DNA of 64,000 nt. It comes from an uncultured Chloroflexia bacterium (GTDB lineage: Bacteria > Chloroflexota > Anaerolineae > JAAYZQ01). Both the position numbers and the translations under genes were made by a program. The notes beneath the pieces were generated by a model. It had not been told where the DNA came from. It made no database searches and saw nothing but the letters and a program-made list of their open reading frames with translations. Where the stretch lies: contig CAVOXA010000014.1 in assembly GCA_963700285.1 (NCBI GenBank), forward strand, positions 640,001 to 704,000, written 5' to 3'. Shown here one piece after another: positions 56,060 through 64,000 of the stretch; the stretch's first letter is position 1; the number at the start of each line of letters is the position of its first letter.

Positions 56060-56420
56060 GTACAGATTGCACTTGGCGCAAGGCTGTTCGGTCATGACGG
56101 CAGCAGAATACGAGTCGATGATCCAGGAACTGCTCACCCACGCAAACGAAGAGATGGGGCATGCTTGTGTCCTGTCCGACCAAATCGATTTCCTGGGAGG
56201 ATTCCGGGTGGTGGACGTGGAGGAGATCAAGACCTCGGGCGACAACACAGAGATGCTCGAGCAGGATCTGTCAGGCGAGTTCCAGGCCATTCCCGCTACT
56301 TAGGAGCGGATCCCTGAGGCCGAGTCACTTCAGGAGTATGGACTCAGGCGTACCCTGGAGGACATTCTGATTGTCGAGGAGGAACACGCCTGGGACCTAC
56401 TGACCGCTCTGGGCCGCTAA
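56060..56420 (+). pseudogene. Ferritin/bacterioferritin-like protein, decayed
   Basis: HANEEMGHA..QIDFLGG..EQDLSGE..T*ERI..LEDILIVEEEH; stop at 56301-56303, 5' end lost. Confidence 0.8.
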
Positions 56421-56585
56421 GTGAGCAACAGAAACCGAATCCACAGTGGGCTGATTCGATCCCAACCCCAGACTTGCCTGATCCAGCATGCCAGGCAGAT
56501 CACGGCGAGCAAAGAGGGGGCGGTAGAAGAAAAAGAGGTGAGCCCGCCGGGAAGCAGGATCACCTCTTGCAAAGAAGGAGAAGCT

Positions 56586-57398
56586 CTAGTCCTCGATATT
56601 GATCTCGGACCTGCGAGTCCGAAGGACGAAGCCACCGGCGATCAAGGCCAGGCCCGCGCCCAGGACAAGCAGCAACCAAGAGTTTGTGGTCTGGCCGCCC
56701 GTCGTCGGCAAACTGGCAGGCGTGGCCACGTCGTGGCTGGCATCAACGCTGGGCACCGCCGTCAGGGCAGGCTCACCGCTGGCCAGGCCCATGGCAAAGA
56801 TGGTGTACACCGTTCCGTCCTCAAGTGTCACCCCGGGCACGCTCAAGGCCACTGCATCCGTACCAGCGAGACGCGCTTCCAGGTCATAGGTGCCGGCATC
56901 GACGGGTAAATAGTCACCCACTCCCTTGAACGCTACATCTGAGAAGAGTACGGGACCACCGTTCGCCACCGCGATGTCAACGGCCGGGGCATCGGGTGAA
57001 GCGTGCACAAAGCGTACGTGGGCCTTGCCGACGGCGGGGGCACTGTTGTTGTCTATCAGGACCAAGGGCTCGATGTTCTCCAGCGTGCCGACAGCAACGA
57101 CCGTGTAATCGGTCTGCGTCGCTAGGTCGAGATTGGCATCAATGACGATAGGCTCTGTGGCGCCGGTTGGGGACACCTGGACATTATAGGAGCCGGGCTC
57201 GAGCACGGCATAGTCGGTGATCCCTTTGAAAGGCGCATTGCTGAATGCTACGGCGCCGTTGACCCAGACGTCAACTGCCGGAGCATCGGGTGAGGCGTGC
57301 ACGACACGCACACGAGCTTCGTGACCATCAGCAAAAGCACTAGTGGCCAGGACCAGACTGAGAACCAGAACAGCAGAGACTACGAATAGACGTTTCAT
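56586..57398 (-). CDS. DUF4397 secreted protein with LPxTG sorting signal
   Basis: Signal peptide, VHASPDAPAVD twice, LPTTGG + TM + RTRR. Confidence 0.9.
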   Translation of the reverse strand: MKRLFVVSAVLVLSLVLATSAFADGHEARVRVVHASPDAPAVDVWVNGAVAFSNAPFKGITDYAVLEPGSYNVQVSPTGATEPIVIDANLDLATQTDYTVVAVGTLENIEPLVLIDNNSAPAVGKAHVRFVHASPDAPAVDIAVANGGPVLFSDVAFKGVGDYLPVDAGTYDLEARLAGTDAVALSVPGVTLEDGTVYTIFAMGLASGEPALTAVPSVDASHDVATPASLPTTGGQTTNSWLLLVLGAGLALIAGGFVLRTRRSEINIED

Positions 57399-57444
57399 TT
57401 TTTTCCTCCATGCTACCTGTGATTTGATGAACTACCATATGAGG

Positions 57445-57505
57445 AGTATAGCACAGAAATCTTTTTTTGTCAAGTCTTTGTCCATATTCTTTACGGATTT
57501 CTAAT
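57445..57505 (-). promoter_or_regulatory. Sigma70 promoter with candidate CarH/LitR-like direct repeats
   Basis: TTGACA-N17-TATACT; TGGACA-N5-TTGACA; ATTAGAAAT upstream. Confidence 0.7.
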
Positions 57506-57607
57506 GCCGCCCCTCCTGTGTCTGGTTGATTCAGACAGAAAGTGATTTTCTATCTCTGAACCATTCGCTGCGATGTTGGGCTGAGGGTTCGCGGGCCGGC
57601 CAGATCA

Positions 57608-57645
57608 ACTACCCCCTGGCTGACGTGCTGCAACCAGGGGATAGT
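57608..57645. terminator. Hairpin downstream of the iorB-like gene
   Basis: ACTACCCCCTGGCTG..CAACCAGGGGATAGT. Confidence 0.4.
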
Positions 57646-57681
57646 ATGCTGCGGAGCAGGGCTGGGTCAGATGGCCATCGT

Positions 57682-59945
57682 CTAGGATTCCAGGGCGGCC
57701 TTGACGCGCTCCGGCGTCATAGGCAGGCGCCGCAACCGGACACCCGTCAGAGCAAAGAGAGCATTGCCGATGGCAGGGGCAATCGGGCCGATGGGTGGCT
57801 CGCCCAGGCCGCGCGGTCTGCCATCGGGCGCTTCGAGCAGGATCGTCTCTACCTCCGGCGCCTCGGCCATTCTGATCAACGGATAGCGGTCAAAGTTACC
57901 GGCCTGCACGCGGCCATTCTTGACCGTGATCTCTTCCATGAGCGCGGCGCTGGTGCCCATCACAATGCAGCTCTCGATCTGGGCCCTGGCCCCGTCGGGG
58001 TTGATGGTCCGGCCAGCATCCACCGCGGCCACCACCCGGTGAACCTGGATCCGACCACTATCTCGGTCCAGCGAGATCTGAGCAACTTCGACGACCACGG
58101 TCCCGCCGTCGCTACTGCAGGCGATGCCCTGTACTCGACCCTGAGGTTGGGGCTTCTCCCCAACGGGCTCGCGCCGCCGCCGCTTCCAGGACGGCGCCGC
58201 ATGCGCCGTCCAAGAGCATCGTCGAGGCAGGTGAGCCAGGCGAAAAGCAGAGGATCGACGCCTGCCGCGAAAGCAAGTTCGTCGACAAAGCTCTCGATGG
58301 CGAAAGATATTGGCCATCAGGCCCAGGCCACGCCACGAACCGGTGGGGATCGGCATGGGCGTCTCCAGACCGTGGTATCCCGGTTGGCGATGTCATAGAG
58401 GATTTGGCGCGCCACGGGTCGAGCCAAAGTCAAAGCCCAGGATCTTGCCAACAGGGGCGGGAAAGGCGCCAAACAGCGCGTCGCCACTGGCCTGCTCGTG
58501 GCATAGGCTTCGATCTCGCCCCTGGTCGTCCAGGATCGCGCTCAGTCGGTGATGGGTGAGCGGGCGCACAAAGCCATCGCGCATTTCTTCGAAACGGTCC
58601 CAGCCGACGTGGACCGGCGCGCCCACGGCCCTAGACAGCCGGGCCGCTTCCACGGCAGCACTGGGTACCGGATCGAGCTCGATCTTGCGCCCAAAGCCGC
58701 CACCCAGATAGGTGGGAATGATCTCGACCTGCTCTGGTTCCAGGTCAAGGGCCGCAGCCACCTCCCTCCGGACGCTCATCTCGAACTGGGTGGAGGTCCA
58801 TACCTTGCCCCCGTCCGGGCCGACGATGGCCAGAGCGGCCTGGGGCTCCATGGGAGCATGGGTGGCCATTCCACTGCGATACTCGGCCGTTATGGCGATG
58901 CCCCTTGCTTGAGGAGCGAGGAGACATCACCCTACCGTCTGGATGTTCACACCGCCGCGGCCTCCGACGGTGACCAACTCCTCCAGCTCCTGCCTGCTGC
59001 CAACAGGTAGCCTTCATCCCATTCCACTTCCAGGGCATTACGGGCCGCCCAGGCCTCGAGACGCGACTTGGCCACCACGCCGGCAAAGCCATCCTCGATC
59101 ACCACCTTGACCACACCAGGCATGCTCTCTGCCTCGCCCGGTCCCGCAGAACAGCATCTTGGCCTCTATCGTCGGCCGGTGCACAGCCGCTCCATAGAGC
59201 ATGCCTTCGGCACGAGCGTCGTAGCCAAAGATGGCCTCACCGGTGACCTTGGCGGGCAGATCGACGCGGGGCAGCGATTGGCCTATGAACTTGTACTCAC
59301 TCGCTGGCTTGAGCGGGACCTCGTTCTTCCGGTATCTTCCATGCTACCTCGCGCTGGCCACCAAATCTCCGTAGCTGACCCTGGTTTCAGGATCTGTCCG
59401 CCAGCTCAAAGCCGCCATCGCGGGCGACCAGGGCCTCGGCGGGCTGGTTCAGCACACTGGCCGCCTCGGCGCGCAGCGTCTCTCGCAGGGTCGCCGCGGC
59501 CTGGCGCAGAGGATCGTAGAGGGTGGTCACCGACATGCTGCCGCTGGTGCCCCGAAAGCTGTCGTCGGCCTGGCTGGTGCTGGCATGCTGCACCTCCAGC
59601 TTGTTCCCAGGCGACTTCCAGTTCTTCGGCAGCGATCTGCGCCAGGGCGGTGTGGATCCCCTGGCCCATCTCCGCCTTGGGTACGAATACGAGGACGCGC
59701 CCGTCGGGGTAGACTTCGAACCAGAGCAGGGGATCGAGCGTGCCGCTGGCAAAGCCGCCAGCATCTCCTTCGGTCAGCCCTGCCGCTGCTCGGCGGAGGG
59801 GCGGCAGGCCCAGCGGGATGCCCAGGGCAAGGGCGGCGCCAGTCGCCGCCATACCTATCAAGAACCCGCGCCGGCTGATGTACCATTTGCGCTCGGCATC
59901 GTTCGGGAACCTGGCCGTTCTGCTGTTGCTCGCCGATTCGCTCAC
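57682..59945 (-). CDS. Molybdopterin oxidoreductase large subunit (isoquinoline 1-oxidoreductase beta-like; many frameshifts)
   Basis: SRRGFL Tat-like motif, [32 protein letters not shown]. Confidence 0.85.
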
Positions 59946-60433
59946 GCCGCACCTCCACCCGAGGCCGGTCCTGGGGCACTGGCCATCTCTGCGGCTGCGC
60001 GGTCAACCGCCCGCTTGATACGTCCGTAGGCGCCACAACGACAATAGTTGGCGCTCATGCCAGCGATGATCTCTTCTTCTGTGGGGTTCGGATTCTCTTC
60101 AAGCAGAGCAACCGCCCTCATCATCTGGCCGCTCATGCACCAGCCGCACTGGTGCACCTGCTCGTCCAGGAAGGCCTGCTGCACTGGATGCAGCACCCCC
60201 TCGCTGGCCAGCCCTTCGATGGTGCGGATGGCCTTGCCCTTGGCAGCCGACAGCGAAGTGATGCACGAGCGCGTAACGTTGCCGTCCAGGTGGACCTCGC
60301 AGGAGCCACAGATCCCCACGCCGCAACCGAACTTGGTGCCGGTCAGTCCCAATTCGTCGCGCAAGACCCAGAGCAGGGGGCGGTCTGGCTCATCTGCCAT
60401 TTCATATGTTTTTCCATTAACCACGATTTCCAT
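59942..60433 (-). CDS. (2Fe-2S)-binding small subunit (IorA/CoxS-like)
   Basis: [27 protein letters not shown]. Confidence 0.93.
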   Translation of the reverse strand: MEIVVNGKTYEMADEPDRPLLWVLRDELGLTGTKFGCGVGICGSCEVHLDGNVTRSCITSLSAAKGKAIRTIEGLASEGVLHPVQQAFLDEQVHQCGWCMSGQMMRAVALLEENPNPTEEEIIAGMSANYCRCGAYGRIKRAVDRAAAEMASAPGPASGGGAA

Positions 60434-60496
60434 GCAATGCTCTCCTCACAAGCCTTGACGCTCATCAAGTGTGAAAGGTTGGGTGTCCGAATGGCC

Positions 60497-60628
60497 TCAT
60501 AGCATGCCCAGGATCATAGCGATGCCGACACCTAGCAGCAAGCCCGCGAATGTGCCAACCAATGCGCCAAGTGCTATACCGAGACCCCAACCCACGGCAG
60601 TCTGCAGACACCCTCTGGTTCTTCTCAT
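60497..60628 (-). CDS. 43-aa glycine-zipper membrane peptide
   Basis: GAAGGAG RBS; GWGLGIALGALVGTFAGLLLGVG. Confidence 0.55.
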   Translation of the reverse strand: MRRTRGCLQTAVGWGLGIALGALVGTFAGLLLGVGIAMILGML

Positions 60629-60657
60629 GGCACTCTCTCCTTCACTCGCCAGCCGGT

Positions 60658-61308
60658 CTACACGTGATTCCGCAGCATCAATTCCTTGGGATAGGGATTG
60701 AGATACACCTGCTGGTGCACCCACTCCGGCACCGGGTAGCGGTTCAGGTGGTGCTTGAGCAGCGTCAAGGGCACGATCAGCGGCAGCAGCCCCGAACGGT
60801 AGTCCTCGATCAGATCGAGCAGCCCCTGCTTATCCTCACTTGAGAGGTGGTTCTTCAGGTAGCCCATCAGGTGCTGGAGTACATTCACATGCTTGCCCCG
60901 CGTGTCCATCACGCTTAGGCCTTCCATGAGCATGGGCACCATACTCGGCCTCAGTTCCTCCCATGTCTCGCTTGCCCGCATCGGCGACGAGGCGGCCCAT
61001 CTCGGTGTAGTGCTTGGGGCTGTGGGCCATGAGCGTGAGTTTGGGGGCGGTGTGGAAATGACCAAAGGATCGGCAGTCCTGTGGTTCCTTGTCCAGCATC
61101 TCTGTCCAGCGGTAGTAGGCAAAGACCCGCTCAATGAAAGTTCTCGCGGAGGGGCATGTCGTTGAGCCGGCCCTCTTCCTCCAGAGGCAGCAGCGGGAAA
61201 GCGATTCATGACCTCGCGGGGGAACATGCCGGTGTCGTTTTTCTGGGCCATTCCGTGCTTGTTGTAGACCTTGACGCGGAATAGACCCGACGAGGGGGAG
61301 TCCTTTTT
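60658..61308 (-). pseudogene. ybgA: ybgA 3' two-thirds (starts abruptly at KKDSPSSG; frameshifts)
   Basis: KKDSPSSGLFRVKVY..FPREVMNRFP..NVLQHLMGYLK..YLNPYPKELMLRNHV*. Confidence 0.9.
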
Positions 61309-61470
61309 ATTGGAAGAGACTCAATCGACAGAAAGGGACCGTTGCTCAGCAGGCGTTTGGTTGTCAATCCGACGTGACTGGTCATACTCGTCTCGCGACT
61401 CATAGCCATCAGGTCTAGTGTGCTGCCACACCGACCTCTCTGTACCAAAAACTAGCGTCCATGAAGGGAA

Positions 61471-62113
61471 TCAGTGTCTCTTGGTCAGCCGAAAAAACCG
61501 TCGAATGAGACCGGGAAACAGCTTTCGGCGCAATCGCTTGGTAAAGGGATGAGCCGAGTCGATCTGGTCCAGCATATCGTAGCATTTCTCGGCCATCTCG
61601 CGTCGTCCGGTCTCAAAGAGATAAACGCCAAGAAGACCCATAAATCCCATTACTTCCGAAACGTGGAACTTTTTGCGCTTGGGATAGAGCAGCTTCAGAT
61701 CGAACTTGTGATCAACAATCTCTGCGATCCGATCGTAGTCACGCCGGGTAAGGCACAGCTCGCCGTAGTTTATGCGCGCAAACAAGTAATCGGGTCCGCC
61801 GGAAATTCTCCTCAATCGCCGCTTCGGCTTTGTCACGGTGCCCCGACAACGAATAGGCAGCGCTCAGATAGTTGTCAAACACTGGCACATTCGGATAGCG
61901 TTCTTTCCAATCGAGCAGCTCCGCTATCGCCTCAGAAGACCTCGTTTGAGACAAGTCGTGAAGCCGATTGATTGCTTCTTTGACCTCCGGGGGCAGCCGT
62001 TTGTACTCCCGATCGAGGATCGGCGCATCCGTGATTTCGTAAGTGACAACCTGCACTGTTTGCGAGCTGGGGAACTTACGAGCGGCCTGTTTCCGTCGTC
62101 TCTTTTTCGTCAT
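61471..62113 (-). CDS. TPR-like helical repeat protein (frameshift near 61800)
   Basis: YPNVPVFDNYLSAAY, PDYLFARINYG. Confidence 0.7.
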
Positions 62114-62203
62114 ATCTGTCTGGCCGAATGCATACCCAAACCACTTTTCACGCCTGGCCACAGTGGAATCGCCCCAGTATCTGCGCCCACTCGCGGTCTC
62201 GCT

Positions 62204-62632
62204 CTACTGCAGATACATCTCACCCGATACCTCCAGGGCGTCCTCTGGCAGGCCGTAAAACTCGCCTGTCGGAAACATGGACAACTCGTAGTGCTCGCTC
62301 GCGTAGCTATAGAACCCAAACCCCCACCGCTCCTCATTGCCAAAATATCGCAAGCGGCACAGAGGAGTCGGCGTGCTGCGCAGTCTCTGCAGGTACTCCT
62401 CCCGGCTCTCTGGCCAATCCGCAGGCGGCCAATCTGGGCTTTGCGGCTCTGGCTCTGTGTAGGCATCCACGTAACAGAATTGACCACGAAAGCGAATCTC
62501 CAAGCGAGTGTAGCGTCCGGCAAACCGCTCCTCGGCAAAGCGGCGCAATCGATTTTCTGTGCGCCGGCGCACGGCATCTGGAATCTTGACGCCGCCACTG
62601 TCCGGGTCGTGCACCCATTGCTTCTTAGCCAT
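62204..62632 (-). CDS. Conserved hypothetical protein
   Basis: Clean 142-aa ORF: IRFRGQFCYVD..LCRLRYFG..WGFGFYSYASEHYE. Confidence 0.7.
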   Translation of the reverse strand: MAKKQWVHDPDSGGVKIPDAVRRRTENRLRRFAEERFAGRYTRLEIRFRGQFCYVDAYTEPEPQSPDWPPADWPESREEYLQRLRSTPTPLCRLRYFGNEERWGFGFYSYASEHYELSMFPTGEFYGLPEDALEVSGEMYLQ

Positions 62633-62644
62633 TTCGTAGCATCC

Positions 62645-62911
62645 CTACGATTCCTCTGCCTCGATTGCCTGCCAGAACTCATCGTGGCGAACGCCGCCTG
62701 TTTCCCGAATCTGCGCCCGTCCTGCTTCCAATATGCTCATAAACTTGGGGGTGTAGGCCAGGACCAAGCGCTCCAGCTCTTCCTCATCCTCGATCGACAG
62801 CAGAACCGCTACCGGCTTGCCGTGACGAGTCACAACGACGGGTCCTTCTGTAGACGATCTCAAATATGCACTGAACTGCGCCTTTATCTCTGCCACTGGT
62901 GCTATCTTCAT
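62645..62911 (-). CDS. Phd/YefM family antitoxin
   Basis: AEIKAQFSAYL..PVVVTRHGKPVAVL. Confidence 0.9.
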   Translation of the reverse strand: MKIAPVAEIKAQFSAYLRSSTEGPVVVTRHGKPVAVLLSIEDEEELERLVLAYTPKFMSILEAGRAQIRETGGVRHDEFWQAIEAEES

Positions 62912-63231
62912 GACTCAACCTCCTCTCCGGCAATCGTCAACCGATCTCGAACCCTCACCCCTATCACCAGTATGTAGACAGCTCCGGCGTCCCGATCAAC
63001 TTCGTAGAACACTCGGAACCGGTTGTTCGGCCCGAAGCGAAGCTCCCACTCTGCCTCAAAAGCCACCGCGCGCTTCAGCGGCTTGCGATTTCTCGTCTCC
63101 ACCTCGGGCTCGAACTGCAACTGCACCTCTATCTCCCGGCGAATCAGCCCATAATACTTGCGCTCGATCGCCTTCAGATGCTCCTTGACTTGCGGTGCGT
63201 ACACCAGTTCAAAGACCCGTTTCGAGTTCAT
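62908..63231 (-). CDS. RelE/ParE family toxin
   Basis: WELRFG..FRVFYEV..VYILVIG; ATGA coupling to the antitoxin. Confidence 0.88.
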   Translation of the reverse strand: MNSKRVFELVYAPQVKEHLKAIERKYYGLIRREIEVQLQFEPEVETRNRKPLKRAVAFEAEWELRFGPNNRFRVFYEVDRDAGAVYILVIGVRVRDRLTIAGEEVES

Positions 63232-63241
63232 TATGACCAGA

Positions 63242-63269
63242 ATTATAGTCAGAAATCAGGATCTGTCAA
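63242..63269 (-). promoter_or_regulatory. TA promoter, near-leaderless
   Basis: TTGACA-N16-TATAAT ending 10 nt before the toxin ATG. Confidence 0.75.
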
Positions 63270-63380
63270 GTTTTGGTTTCCAGAACGATTTTGTGCTTGT
63301 CGCAGCGGACGTCGCGCTGTTTGGGACTATCAGTTTCTTCGGGTATAGAATTCCGTAGAGATGTGAAGCAGAGACAAGTC

Positions 63381-64000
63381 CTATACATGATTGCGCAGCA
63401 TGAGCTCCTTGGGATACGGATGCAGGTAGACCTGCTGGTGCACCCAGTCGGGAACCGGATGCCGGTTCAGATGATGTTTGAGCAGCGTCAGCGGCACGAT
63501 CAGTGGTACCATGCCCTGCCGGTAGTCCTCGATGAGGCCCAGGAGCTCCAACGTACCGAAGGTACGCCTTGCCCTCACTCGAGAGGCCCTTCTTGAGGTA
63601 GCCCATCAGGTGCTGCAGCACGTTCACATGCTTGCCCCGTGTGCCCATAACAGCGAGGCCCAGCATGAGTTGGGCGCCGTACTCGGCTGTCAGTTCCTCC
63701 CAGTCACACCTGCCGGCGTCGGCGACGAGGCGGCCAATCTCGGTGTAATGCTTGGGGCTGTGAGCCATGAGCGTGAGTTTGTGAGCGGTGTGGAAACGCA
63801 CCAAAGGACCGGCAGTCCTTGAAGGACTGCCGGTCCTGCTATTCTCCAGCATCTCCGCCCAGCGGTAGTAGGCAAAGACCCGCTCGATAAAGTTCTCCCG
63901 CAGCGGCATGTCATTGAGCCGGCCCTCCTCCTTCAATGGCAGCAGCGGGAAGCGCTTCATGATCTCACGGGGGAACATGCCCGTGCCGTTGCGCTCTGCC
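63381..64000 (-). CDS. ybgA: ybgA (DUF523/DUF1722) 3' part, runs off the right edge; frameshift near 63560
   Basis: EEGRLNDMPLRENFIERVFAY, FHTAHKL, NVLQHLMGY, YLHPYPKELMLRNHV*. Confidence 0.9.
63805..63837. repeat. 33-bp palindrome (16-1-16) inside ybgA
   Basis: AGGACCGGCAGTCCTT-G-AAGGACTGCCGGTCCT; degenerate copy at 16228-16260, half copy at 61066-61080. Confidence 0.92.

Noticed and set aside
32338-63600. Many frameshifts (SLC13, mrpA, CFA-like, PEP-utilising, iorB-like, TPR) as programmed frameshifting or mass pseudogenisation
   Set aside because: They are single-base indels clustered in patches, with conserved motifs intact and no common slippery site; long-read error is the simplest explanation.

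Overview
GC-rich bacterial DNA, most likely from Chloroflexota (Anaerolineae-like). This is inferred from two LPxTG sortase substrates, a C-terminal YLP-x-x-x-R motif and overall gene content. The left ~8 kb looks like backbone: envelope glycosylation genes, lgt, a mannose-1-P guanylyltransferase/PMM-like fusion and a URO-D-like protein. From ~8.4 kb to the right edge lies an almost entirely minus-strand accessory region. It contains stress/resistance singletons, a SigK/RskA-type ECF pair with a matching target promoter, a GH3/serine hydrolase block, three tandem APH-like kinases with an MFS, and a 14-blade secreted beta-propeller. It also holds a ~30 kb light/oxidative/ion-stress locus (photolyase x2, CFA-like methyltransferase, tocopherol-cyclase-like protein, peroxiredoxin, DsbA-NhaA fusion, Mrp antiporter), iorAB-like genes and a RelE-Phd TA pair. 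The most unusual structure is five clear (possibly six) co-oriented, progressively decayed pieces of one gene, ybgA (DUF523/DUF1722). They punctuate the region and delimit the cargo blocks, which suggests ybgA-anchored serial accretion with no integrase in view. Two copies carry an in-frame 33-bp REP-like palindrome and a third keeps half of it. Many single-base frameshifts cluster in patches and are probably long-read errors. Only genes with stops, truncations or degenerate motifs are called pseudogenes. All calls come from reading the sequence; no searches were run.
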